Of a stretch of DNA of 64,000 nucleotides, positions 27,046-36,249 are shown one piece after another (positions within the stretch are counted from its first letter, which is position 1; each line of letters opens with the position of its first letter). The notes under the pieces are model-generated. The model was given only the letters and a program-made list of their open reading frames with translations. It searched no databases and was not told the origin of the DNA. Source of the DNA: a virus (lineage: Duplodnaviria; Caudoviricetes); IMG/VR virus record IMGVR_UViG_3300010401_000038, positions 489 through 64,488 of that record. One strand, 5' to 3'. The position numbers and the translations under genes were made by a program.

Positions 27046-28245
27046 ATGGCACCAGGGCAGATTCGGGCCGCAACCTTCGACGAGCTCCCCGAGCTCGGTC
27101 AGGGTGAAATCGCGAAGCTGTCGACGGGAGCGCCGGGGGTCGACCTCGAGTCGGTCGTCGCCGCAGTCGCCGACGCCTTCAACATGGGCGGTTTCAAGCC
27201 GTCCGACAATCCGCTCTTTGCAGTCCCACCCGCTCCGGCCGCGCCCGCGCTCACCACGCCGCAGCCTGGAGCACCCGCCCCCGCGCTCGCCGCAGTGGCC
27301 CCGGTCCAGAGACCGGACACGCCTCCTGCCGCGGCGCTGCCGGGCGGCCTACCACTCAGCGTACCCTCCGCAGCCTCGGTCGGTCTGACCGAGGAACAGC
27401 TCGCGGAGAAGGTGCGGCGGGTCACCGAGAAGTTCGGCGGCGATCCCGCAGCGACGGCGCGAGCCTACGTCGAGGCGCAACGGAAGATCACATCACTGGG
27501 TCAGGACAACGCCGCCATCATGGCCGCGGTCGCCCCCGTGCTGGATCGCCAGAGTCGCATCGAGACGCAGCTCGCGCAGATGATGTCGATGCTCCAGCCG
27601 GGCGGCGGCTTCCGCCACCCCGGCGCAGCAGCGGCCCCTCCCGCCGATCCTTCCATGCCAGGCGCCACGGGCACGTCCGCGTCAGCGGACGAGTTCATGC
27701 GCGACCCGGAGGGGAGGACCCGCGAGGTCGTGACACAGGTGGTGCGACAGGAAATGGTGAGCTTCACGCAGGCACAGAGCCGCGCCGAAGCCGAGCGCAG
27801 GATGAACGAGGACTACTTCGCGGTGTTCAACGCCAACAAGGACGTCATCTCCATCCTCAAGCCGGTGATGGACGAGCTCTACGTGCAGCACGCGCAAGCC
27901 TACAACCAGCTCGCCCCGGCCGACCGCCTCCGGATGCTCATCGGACAGGCGCAGGACCGGGTCGAGGCGTGGAAGGGGCAGCAAATCTTCGAGCAGACCA
28001 GGGAGATCCTGGGACAGAACGGCGGCGCCCTCACGGCGCCTCCGGGCAACTCGGGGGCCGTCCCTTCGGGGGCGGCAGCGCGTGGCGTGCCAGGGGCGCA
28101 GGTACCGCGACCGGGAGACCTCTCCAACACACCCGCCATGCAGCGGATGTGGAGGGCGCCTTCCGGATCCCTTGAGGAGGAAATCGCAATCGCGAGCGTC
28201 CTCAAGGAGCGCGGGCACTACGCCGGACTCGCACCACGTTACTGA
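27046..28245 (+). CDS. capsid scaffolding protein (putative)
   Basis: Directly before MCP; disordered N-terminus then helical; ARAYVEAQRKITSLGQ motif. Confidence 0.7.
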   Translation: MAPGQIRAATFDELPELGQGEIAKLSTGAPGVDLESVVAAVADAFNMGGFKPSDNPLFAVPPAPAAPALTTPQPGAPAPALAAVAPVQRPDTPPAAALPGGLPLSVPSAASVGLTEEQLAEKVRRVTEKFGGDPAATARAYVEAQRKITSLGQDNAAIMAAVAPVLDRQSRIETQLAQMMSMLQPGGGFRHPGAAAAPPADPSMPGATGTSASADEFMRDPEGRTREVVTQVVRQEMVSFTQAQSRAEAERRMNEDYFAVFNANKDVISILKPVMDELYVQHAQAYNQLAPADRLRMLIGQAQDRVEAWKGQQIFEQTREILGQNGGALTAPPGNSGAVPSGAAARGVPGAQVPRPGDLSNTPAMQRMWRAPSGSLEEEIAIASVLKERGHYAGLAPRY

Positions 28246-28265
28246 CCCTCTGAGAGGTATTCAAC

Positions 28266-29261
28266 ATGGGTGCCGTAGCCGACACCTTCACGTTGGCCCA
28301 GTCGGGGTCCGCCTACATCGGCGCAGCCGTCCGCGAGGACCTGCTCGACGTGGTGACCCTCCTGTCGCCGACCGACACGCCGCTGTTCACCATGCTCCGC
28401 AAGACCAAGGTCAAGAACGTCGAGACGTCGTGGCTGGTCGACAACCTGCAGACGGCCGCGTCCAACGCGGTCATCGAGGGATCGACCGCGGCGTTCAACA
28501 CCATCCAGTCCCGTGGCCGGCTGACCAACTACGTGCAGACGTCCCGGCACGCCTACGAGGTCACCGACACGATGCGCGCCGTCGACCCGGCGGGCATCCA
28601 GGACGAGTTCCTGTACCAGATGGGAAAGGGCGCGAAGCAGTGGAAGCGCGACGTCGAGTTCGAGATCATCAACTCGAGCGCGTTCTCCGGCACGACCGCC
28701 TCGGCCCGCCGGGTGCAGGGGATGTACCAGTGGCTCGTCGTGACGTCCGGCTCGGGCAACTCGACCGGCGTCACCGGGTCCAACACCGCCAACCTGATGC
28801 AGGAGGCCGACTTCAACGCCCGCCTGCAGTCCCTCTGGGTGAACGGCGCCTCCTGCGACTACGTGATCGCGACCCCGAACAACAAGGGTCAGATCAGCTC
28901 CAACTACTCCGGGTCGGCGAACAGCCGCCGGAACATCCCCATGACGGAGAACACGGTGGTCAACGTGGTCGACTACTACTTCTCCGACTTCGGGAACGTC
29001 AAGGTCCTGCCGCATCGCTGGTTCTCGTCCGCATCCCCGACGACCGCGACCAACGTCCAGAAGGCGACGCTGTTCGTGCAGTCGGACATGTGGATGATCG
29101 GCATCCTGCGGCCGCCCAAGAACATCCCGCTCGCGAAGCTCGGTTCGTCCGAGCGGGCCATGATCGAGGGCGACTGGACCCTGATCGTCCGCCACCCGTC
29201 GGCGAACGCGGCCCTCACCGGCCACGCCTCCGGCACCGGCCCGAACTTCTCGACCTCGTAG
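28266..29261 (+). CDS. major capsid protein (DUF5309/SU10-like HK97 fold)
   Basis: REDLLDVV..LSPTDTP, W.VD.L, NYVQT, KRDVE, Y.SDFG, PLAK.G motifs. Confidence 0.9.
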   Translation: MGAVADTFTLAQSGSAYIGAAVREDLLDVVTLLSPTDTPLFTMLRKTKVKNVETSWLVDNLQTAASNAVIEGSTAAFNTIQSRGRLTNYVQTSRHAYEVTDTMRAVDPAGIQDEFLYQMGKGAKQWKRDVEFEIINSSAFSGTTASARRVQGMYQWLVVTSGSGNSTGVTGSNTANLMQEADFNARLQSLWVNGASCDYVIATPNNKGQISSNYSGSANSRRNIPMTENTVVNVVDYYFSDFGNVKVLPHRWFSSASPTTATNVQKATLFVQSDMWMIGILRPPKNIPLAKLGSSERAMIEGDWTLIVRHPSANAALTGHASGTGPNFSTS

Positions 29262-29266
29262 TACCC

Positions 29267-29298
29267 CCGCGGGCCCGGTCTATAGACCGGGCCCGCGG
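29267..29298. terminator. perfect 32-bp palindrome after capsid gene (hairpin without U-tract)
   Basis: CCGCGGGCCCGGTCTA|TAGACCGGGCCCGCGG. Confidence 0.6.
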
Positions 29299-29316
29299 CT
29301 CTACCCGGAGAGAGCG

Positions 29317-29916
29317 ATGGCGAGCAGCAACCGGAGCCCGTCCTACCTGGCCTGGCGCGACTTCGTCCGCAACTGGACCTCGACGACGCAGGCGGGAGAT
29401 TTCGCGCGCCACAACGCGCGCGAGTGGTCGGACGGGAACGACGCTTCGCACGTCTTCGACGACGACCAGTGGACCGACTTCGAGGAGTTCTACCGGGAGA
29501 ACCGGGACGCCGTCATCGTCGCGAAGAACAACCTCGAGATGCAGAACGCCTTCCAGCAGGGCCACGCCCTGCCGGGGACGCGCCTCCTGCGCTTCGCGCG
29601 CGTGCCGCTCGGCTACCACCTGCGGCGCATCGCCGAGACGGGGGAGCCGGACTACTGGAACGACATGCGCAACACGCTGCGCGAGGTGCTCGACAACCCG
29701 TGGTTCGCCACGGTGCCAGCCTGGTACCTGCGCGGCAAGCTCGAGACGCTCCTGCCGAAGGGCCAGAGCATCCTGATCTACGACGAGTTCGGAAAGCCCG
29801 TGAAGAAGGCGAAGACCGACGAGCAGCAGGCCGCCGACGAACCCGTCGCGGTCATCCCCGTGCCGATGGACCTGTCGGAGTTCGAGGCGAGCTCCGGCAT
29901 CCACTCGGCCGCGTGA
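29317..29916 (+). CDS. hypothetical protein following MCP
   Basis: GGAG RBS; high GC3. Confidence 0.7.
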   Translation: MASSNRSPSYLAWRDFVRNWTSTTQAGDFARHNAREWSDGNDASHVFDDDQWTDFEEFYRENRDAVIVAKNNLEMQNAFQQGHALPGTRLLRFARVPLGYHLRRIAETGEPDYWNDMRNTLREVLDNPWFATVPAWYLRGKLETLLPKGQSILIYDEFGKPVKKAKTDEQQAADEPVAVIPVPMDLSEFEASSGIHSAA

Positions 29917-29923
29917 GGGCGCC

Positions 29924-30289
29924 ATGCCGAACGTGACGGAAGGGCTCCACATCCAGCCGCCCGGAACGCTCACCGTGGGCGACCGCGACGAGTGCACGAA
30001 GATCCTCGAGATCGTCAAGGGCACTGTGACCCTCGAGTTCGCCACCACCGCGCCGCTCGGCGTGGCGAGCGCGAGCGCCGCGCTCGCCGCCATCGACACC
30101 GGGAAGCCTGGCACCTGGGAGGTCTTCATGTCCTGGGGCGGTGGCTACGCGGACGGGATGTTCACCGACATCGTCGCCTCGATCGCCATCGCCGGCGGCG
30201 TCCAGGCGACCGGGCTCAATCTCTCGACGTCGGTCACGGCGTCGGCCACCACCAGCAGGACCGCCAACGTCCTGGCGATCCGGCACTGA
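29924..30289 (+). CDS. putative capsid decoration protein (paralogue 2)
   Basis: KILEIVKGTVTL...ASASAA...VLAIR. Confidence 0.65.
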   Translation: MPNVTEGLHIQPPGTLTVGDRDECTKILEIVKGTVTLEFATTAPLGVASASAALAAIDTGKPGTWEVFMSWGGGYADGMFTDIVASIAIAGGVQATGLNLSTSVTASATTSRTANVLAIRH

Positions 30290-30298
30290 GGAGGCCCC

Positions 30299-30688
30299 AT
30301 GAGCCAGATCGACGAAGACGTCATCATCGAGCCGCCGGGATGCCTGCGCTTCTCCGAGGGAGAGCAGGGATTCGAGATCCACGAGATCCTCGCCGGCCAG
30401 GTCACGCTCACCTACGGATCGATCAACGCCAACCACGCCTCGGCGACGGCGACCGCGTCCTTGCCAGCGGCGACGCTGGCGGTACGTGACAAGCAGGCGG
30501 CGAACCTGGGCTGGTCGGTCATGCTCGCGCCGATCACCCAGGCCGACCAGGTGAGCATCGAGGCCGCGGAGATTTCGTCCGAGGGAGTCCTGATGGCGAC
30601 GGCCGTGAATCACAGCACGGCGGCCGTCAACACCGGCGCCCGCGTGTGCTCGTACCTGGCCATCCGCGGCAAGCGCGCGGCGGACTGA
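30299..30688 (+). CDS. putative capsid decoration protein (paralogue 3)
   Basis: EIHEILAGQVTL..SINA...YLAIR. Confidence 0.65.
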   Translation: MSQIDEDVIIEPPGCLRFSEGEQGFEIHEILAGQVTLTYGSINANHASATATASLPAATLAVRDKQAANLGWSVMLAPITQADQVSIEAAEISSEGVLMATAVNHSTAAVNTGARVCSYLAIRGKRAAD

Positions 30689-30697
30689 GGAGGCCAC

Positions 30698-31084
30698 ATG
30701 GCGACGATCATCCGCGAAAAGCTGGTCCTGGGAGTGCTCGGAGACAAGGTCAAGCTCCGCGTCGGTCCGCGCGACGAGGCCCACGACATCAGGGGCCTCA
30801 TGGTCAACAGGGAGATCAGCGGCGGAGCCCTGGCCCTGGCGAGCTACGCGACCAACGCGGGCGCCACCGGGGCCAGCGCCGTGGCCAACGGAGGACCGAA
30901 CTTCTCTAGCCTCCTGGCCTTCATCTACAGGCCGGCGAGGCAGACCCTCTACTTCGGGACGAACGGGGCCGTGCGGCCGCTCTCGATCGTCCCGAACGCG
31001 ACCGGCATCCAGTCGACTTCGTTCAACCCCAACACGGCGGCCAAGACGGTGGCCCTGAGTCTGCAGTCCCTCGCATTTCGCTGA
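30698..31084 (+). CDS. putative capsid decoration protein (paralogue 4, diverged)
   Basis: LRVGPRDEAHDIRGL...SLAFR. Confidence 0.55.
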   Translation: MATIIREKLVLGVLGDKVKLRVGPRDEAHDIRGLMVNREISGGALALASYATNAGATGASAVANGGPNFSSLLAFIYRPARQTLYFGTNGAVRPLSIVPNATGIQSTSFNPNTAAKTVALSLQSLAFR

Positions 31085-31095
31085 AAGGAGCCAGA

Positions 31096-33162
31096 GTGAA
31101 CGCAGGAGACAAGGTCTCGGTCGTCATCCCCACCCGCGGTCTGTCGGACATGCTGGCGAACTGCCTGCGCAGCCTGGCAGCTCAGTGGCCGTCGCTCGAG
31201 GTCATCGTCGTCGAGCACGAGACCCACGACGCCAAGGAGATCCTCGAGGAGACGTTCCCGCGTGGGATCTACATCGAGGCGTTCGACAAGGACGCTCCCG
31301 ATCGCGGGGAGGATGGACCGAAGGGCCATTCGTACTCGACGCTCAACAACCTGGGCGTGGCGAAGGCGACCCGGCCGTACATCCTCCTGCTCAACAACGA
31401 CGTGACCGCGCGCAAGGGTTCGATCGACGCGATGGTAGAGGTCCTCGAGAAGGACGAACAGACGGGGATCGTCGGCGCGAAACTCCTGACCCCCAAGAAC
31501 AAGATCCAGCACATCGGGGTCGTGTTCAACCACTACGGCATCCCGTCGCATCTCGGGTGGGGAGAGGAGCACGCCCGCACGTTCCTACCCGCTTGGCGGA
31601 GCGAATACTTCGACGCCGTGACCTTCGCCGCTGCGCTCATCCGACGCGACCTGTGGGAGAAGCTCGGCGGCCTGTCCGACGACTACTTCTTCAACTACGA
31701 GGATTCGGACTTCTGCCTGCGCGCGCGCGCCGAGGGCTTCCGCTGCTACGTCAACCAGGTGGCGATTTTCACCCACCTCGAGGGCGGCAGCGGCGACCTG
31801 CGCACGACCGAGCACCACTCCATCAAGCGAAACCTGACGGTCTTCCGCGACAAGTGGATCGAGACCGGGACGCTGGAGAACCTGACGGGGATCCGGCTCA
31901 CGACCGGACAGGGGCCGCTGGCGATGGAGCGGCTCAACGTGATCATGATGCCGAGCGGGCGCGGCGCCGGCGTGAGCTGGTGGCGGATGGACCTCATCGG
32001 CCAGAAGCTCGTCAAGAGGAAGCTCGCCAACGTCATGTTCTGCTTCCCGGACATGAAGCAGGACGCGCTGATGGAGGCGTTCGGGCGCGCCGACCTGGCC
32101 GTCATCCAGGGGCACCACGGCGGCGACCTGCTGCGCGCGTTGCGCGCGGATCGCCCGTTCAAGACGGTGTTCGAGCACGACGATCACCCGGTCTACCTGA
32201 GCCCCTACGCCGAGGTCTACCGGACACTCGGGACCCAGGAGATCCAACTCCTCGGGAGCGACGGCAGCGCAATCTGGCTGTGGCGCGACGGCGAGAGCGG
32301 GTTCGACCTCGACCGGAACCGCGCCGCCAAGGCGTCCCTGCTCGAGACGATGGGCGCCTGTGACGCAATGACGACGACGACCGTGCCGCTGGCCGAGTAC
32401 TTCTCGACCATCAGCAAGCACGTCTTCGTCCTGCCGAACTGCGTCGACTTCGACCATTACCCGCCCGTCTTCGACCGCTACCAGCGCGCGGGTGACGATG
32501 GCGTGCGTGTCGGCTGGTGGGGAGGCGACAACCACTGGCACGACATGACCGCGATCGGGCCTTGGCTCCGTGACTTCATCAACGCGCGCGAGGACGCGAA
32601 ACTCGTGCTCATCGGCGCGTTCTACCGCGGCCCGTTCCGCGGCATCGACATGGCGAAGGTCGAGGACCAGCAGTGGGTCCACGTCGAGGCGTGGCCGTAC
32701 AAGCTGGCGACGGCCGGGCTCGACGCCGCCATCATCCCGCTCGCCAGCCCCTCCCAGCCGTACATGCAGTTCAACCACTTCAAAAGCGACATCAAGTGGC
32801 TCGAGGCCGCCGCCTACAAGATCCCCTGCCTCGTGCAGGCCGGCGTGGCGCCCTACGAGAACTGCATCGACGGGGTGAACGCGCTGACGTTCGCCTCGCG
32901 CGAGGAGTTCCTCGAGAAGCTCGATCGCCTCACGAAGGACAGCGACCTGCGCCGCCGCCTCGGGCAGGCCGCCTACGACTACGCCAGGGAGTACCGTGAC
33001 CTGGAGAAGAACATCGAGAGCTGGCTGGACATCTACCAGCAGGTCGCGAAGGGCGAGTACATCTTCGAGAAGAAGGCCAAGGAGAGCGAGGAGGCGATTC
33101 CCGCTCTCGGACCCGCCCTGCCGGCGGTCGAGGCGAGAGGGGTCCGGGATGCGGCCTCGTGA
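31096..33162 (+). CDS. two-domain glycosyltransferase (GT2 GT-A plus GT-B)
   Basis: VSVVIPT, LLLNND, YEDSDFCLRA; then WWRM, EHDD, VLPNCVD, VGWWGG, FNHFKSDIKWLE. Confidence 0.9.
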   Translation: MNAGDKVSVVIPTRGLSDMLANCLRSLAAQWPSLEVIVVEHETHDAKEILEETFPRGIYIEAFDKDAPDRGEDGPKGHSYSTLNNLGVAKATRPYILLLNNDVTARKGSIDAMVEVLEKDEQTGIVGAKLLTPKNKIQHIGVVFNHYGIPSHLGWGEEHARTFLPAWRSEYFDAVTFAAALIRRDLWEKLGGLSDDYFFNYEDSDFCLRARAEGFRCYVNQVAIFTHLEGGSGDLRTTEHHSIKRNLTVFRDKWIETGTLENLTGIRLTTGQGPLAMERLNVIMMPSGRGAGVSWWRMDLIGQKLVKRKLANVMFCFPDMKQDALMEAFGRADLAVIQGHHGGDLLRALRADRPFKTVFEHDDHPVYLSPYAEVYRTLGTQEIQLLGSDGSAIWLWRDGESGFDLDRNRAAKASLLETMGACDAMTTTTVPLAEYFSTISKHVFVLPNCVDFDHYPPVFDRYQRAGDDGVRVGWWGGDNHWHDMTAIGPWLRDFINAREDAKLVLIGAFYRGPFRGIDMAKVEDQQWVHVEAWPYKLATAGLDAAIIPLASPSQPYMQFNHFKSDIKWLEAAAYKIPCLVQAGVAPYENCIDGVNALTFASREEFLEKLDRLTKDSDLRRRLGQAAYDYAREYRDLEKNIESWLDIYQQVAKGEYIFEKKAKESEEAIPALGPALPAVEARGVRDAAS

Positions 33163-33908
33163 GCCTCACGATCGTCGTCGCGACGGCAGGACCGACCCCC
33201 GCCGCCGGCGACGAAACCTTTGCGTCCATCAAGCAGCAGATCGCCGCGGTCGCCGGGCGCCACCGGGACTCCAAGGCGCTCACGCTCGCCGGCGCGTTCG
33301 TCCGTGACCGCATCGACGACCTGAACCGCCTCCAGACCTGGACGTTCAACCTCGTGACGTCGCCGACGATCACGACGTCGCCTGGCGTCTCGAGCTACGC
33401 GGTCCCGGCCGACTTCTGGAAGGTCTACAACGCGCGCAAGACGAGCGACCCGGACTACCAGCTCTCGACCATCCGGCAGAAGACATTCGACACCCTGTTC
33501 GCGAGTCAGCGCAGCATCGTCGGCTACCCGTACCTCCTGATCATCAAGAACACGTTCCGCGGCGCGACGGTGCAGTTCTTCCCGACGCCGTCGGCCGCGT
33601 TCGACCTGAGCATCAACTACTACAAGCTGATCCAGAAGCCGGCGAGCGACTCCGACTTCCTCGACCTGCCACTCCCGTACCAAGGGGTCGTGAAGTACCA
33701 CGCGATGATGCGCATGGCCGCGCTGGGCCGGGACAGTCAGCAGCAGCAGATGTACGGTGCGATGGCCGATCGCGCGTACGCCGAGATGATGCGGTCGGAC
33801 GACGACGTCCCGGACGAGAACCTTCGGTTCACGCACATCGAGGAGCTGTCCTACCGCAGCTCCTACATGGACCCGGCGATTCGTCCCCGCGCGTACGACC
33901 TGTGGTGA
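33159..33908 (+). CDS. head-tail adaptor / tail tubular protein A-like
   Basis: SYAVPADF, GYPY, QFFPTPS, LPLPYQGVV..A pattern and position. Confidence 0.7.
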   Translation: MSLTIVVATAGPTPAAGDETFASIKQQIAAVAGRHRDSKALTLAGAFVRDRIDDLNRLQTWTFNLVTSPTITTSPGVSSYAVPADFWKVYNARKTSDPDYQLSTIRQKTFDTLFASQRSIVGYPYLLIIKNTFRGATVQFFPTPSAAFDLSINYYKLIQKPASDSDFLDLPLPYQGVVKYHAMMRMAALGRDSQQQQMYGAMADRAYAEMMRSDDDVPDENLRFTHIEELSYRSSYMDPAIRPRAYDLW

Positions 33909-33916
33909 GGTGATAC

Positions 33917-35224
33917 ATGCCGCAACTCGGATGGTTCAACTTCCTCCTGCAGGACGCCGCCGGCAACGCCCTCGCGGGCGTCAACATCGAGGTCCGCAAG
34001 CAGGCCGCGATGGTCAACGGGGCCCAGTCCGTCACGAGCGGGCAGAACATCACGGTCTACCATCCTGGTGGGCTGACGACCGGCGACACCGTCCAGCTCA
34101 ACGCTGGCGCGACCGCCTACACCGCGACCGTCATCAACGCCACGACGATCCAGCTCTCCGGGTTCTCCGGATCGCTCGCCCTTGTCGACGGAGACCACAT
34201 CCACGCCTCGACCCCTCTCGTCACGGCGTACCAGAACCCGACGGCCACCGGGTCGGCCATCACATTCCCACTCCAGACGGACGCCTCCGGAAAGGCGCGC
34301 TGCTCGACGGTCTGTGCACCCTGCACGATCTACATGTCTGGCGGCGGGATGCCGGCGCCGGACATCCGCTACGACGAGGTCCCGACGGGCTTCGAGTCGG
34401 AGTCGAGCGAGGTCTTCACGACCGGGTCGGCCGTCGCCTACGACCGGAACACGCGCCGCGCGCTCGCCGCGGGGGACAAGCACACCCGCTTCCGCGTCGC
34501 GGGCGTCGAGGTCGCGAACGTCGGCTACGACGGGACGATCTCGTCCGCCGCGGGCGCCTCGTTCGGTGGCAGCGTCACCGCCGTCGGTGGCACGTTCTCG
34601 GGCAACATCAGCGCGGTCGACGGGACATTCTCCGGCACGTTGGCCGTCTCCGGGGCGTCGACCCTCGCGGCCCTGTCAGCGGCGGCTGGAGCGTTTTCCG
34701 GTCTCATTAGCGGATCGGCCGGGCTGACGATCTCGGCGGGGTCGATCAGCCTGCCGGCCGGCGCCGTAGCCGGCGCCGCGCTCGCGGCCAACGCTGTCAG
34801 CGCGACCTACATCTCGACCGGCACCACCGATCAGGACCTCACGAACAACGGCACCTACGTCGCCGTGGTTGGCGACGGCCCCGGGACGGTGGTCGCCGTG
34901 ACCATGACGCCAGCCTCGACGGCGAGCGAAATCATCGTCATGGCCGTCGGGGTCGGCACGCCTCCTGGCGGCGCGAGCATTGGGCTCCAGTTGAGGGTCA
35001 AGAACGGCTCGACGGTCATCCACGAGGCCCTGCAGTACAGCTCTGCCGGAGCGGCGACCCTCGGAATTACGGCAACCTGCTACGCCCGGCAGACCGGCCT
35101 GACGGGGGCCCAGACCTACAGCGTGGAGGCGGCCGGGTCCGCTTCCGCTGGCGGCCACACCCTGCTCAACAGCAGCTCTACCGACCACAAGGTCAAGCTG
35201 ATCGTCATCGAGCACAAGAAGTGA
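33917..35224 (+). CDS. tail fibre-like protein
   Basis: QDAAGNALAGV...PLQTDASG head-binding-like N-terminus; Gly/Ser/Thr/Ala-rich shaft. Confidence 0.7.
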   Translation: MPQLGWFNFLLQDAAGNALAGVNIEVRKQAAMVNGAQSVTSGQNITVYHPGGLTTGDTVQLNAGATAYTATVINATTIQLSGFSGSLALVDGDHIHASTPLVTAYQNPTATGSAITFPLQTDASGKARCSTVCAPCTIYMSGGGMPAPDIRYDEVPTGFESESSEVFTTGSAVAYDRNTRRALAAGDKHTRFRVAGVEVANVGYDGTISSAAGASFGGSVTAVGGTFSGNISAVDGTFSGTLAVSGASTLAALSAAAGAFSGLISGSAGLTISAGSISLPAGAVAGAALAANAVSATYISTGTTDQDLTNNGTYVAVVGDGPGTVVAVTMTPASTASEIIVMAVGVGTPPGGASIGLQLRVKNGSTVIHEALQYSSAGAATLGITATCYARQTGLTGAQTYSVEAAGSASAGGHTLLNSSSTDHKVKLIVIEHKK

Positions 35225-36249
35225 GCCACCACGTCGTCTCCCTCGGTACTCCGACGGCAGCGGACGAGGTAGCCGTCCACGGCGGGCTCCTCCTGTACTG
35301 CGCCGGCGATCGCCTGTGGCACGACTACCGCATCGCGCCGGACCCCGACGACACGTCAAGGTTCACGCTGCAGCGCGTCGGCCGATACGACACGGTGCCG
35401 GCCGGGGTCCCGATCCTCGATTCCCTGCGCGTGCCGAAGCTCTGGATGCGGACGAACTGGCACATCTACCGCCTGAGCCGGATCGGGATGTTCACGACGC
35501 CCGAGGGGGATCAGGAGCTCGGCGACGCCGAGGCGGCGTGGGTCCTCCCCCGCGGGATGCGCGAGTATCCGAACGGGCTGGCGCTCCGCGGTGGCCTCTA
35601 CCTGCTCGGAGAAGACAGCCTCAACCACCTGATCCTCCCGGTCCTGCAGAACCCTCCGTTCGTCGACCCCGGAGACTGGTCCTGGGTGACGGACGACGAC
35701 GACTCGGATCTCGTGGAGGCTGGTGGTCTACAGTCCAAGCGGATGATCTCGTCCGACGCGCCTGATAACTCGGGGACTTTCAGCTTCAACATCCCGGTCA
35801 ATTCCACGAAGGTGGCGTACTTCTTCTCCGATCCCGGAGAGCCTGGTAGCGAGCTGTGGTCGTCCCTGTCGACCGCGCTGGCCATCGTCAACGTCAGCAC
35901 GGCCAACAGCCGGATCGACCTGACGATCCAGCTCGGCCGGGTCTCCGACTCCGGGATGTTCCGCCAGTCCTACGCCTCGTTCGGCGGCACGATCAACCTC
36001 GCGAGCACTGGACCGAAGAACTTCCAGATGTCACCATCGCCACAGGTCGGAGCCCAGGACACTGATAGGATGCGGATGGCGCTGGTCTTCACGAGGGGGA
36101 CCACGCTCGGCACGGGGGTCGTCGGAATCAGCTTCGGCAACCCGGCGCACGACAGCCTGAGCGCCCCAGTGAGCAATCCAGATTCGTCCATCGTGCAGCT
36201 CGAGGACGTCGGCCAAGCCCCCTACTATCCGTTCGCGGGAACGCCATGA
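35221..36249 (+). CDS. putative virion structural protein
   Basis: Beta-rich C-terminal half; tail module position. Confidence 0.6.
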   Translation: MSHHVVSLGTPTAADEVAVHGGLLLYCAGDRLWHDYRIAPDPDDTSRFTLQRVGRYDTVPAGVPILDSLRVPKLWMRTNWHIYRLSRIGMFTTPEGDQELGDAEAAWVLPRGMREYPNGLALRGGLYLLGEDSLNHLILPVLQNPPFVDPGDWSWVTDDDDSDLVEAGGLQSKRMISSDAPDNSGTFSFNIPVNSTKVAYFFSDPGEPGSELWSSLSTALAIVNVSTANSRIDLTIQLGRVSDSGMFRQSYASFGGTINLASTGPKNFQMSPSPQVGAQDTDRMRMALVFTRGTTLGTGVVGISFGNPAHDSLSAPVSNPDSSIVQLEDVGQAPYYPFAGTP

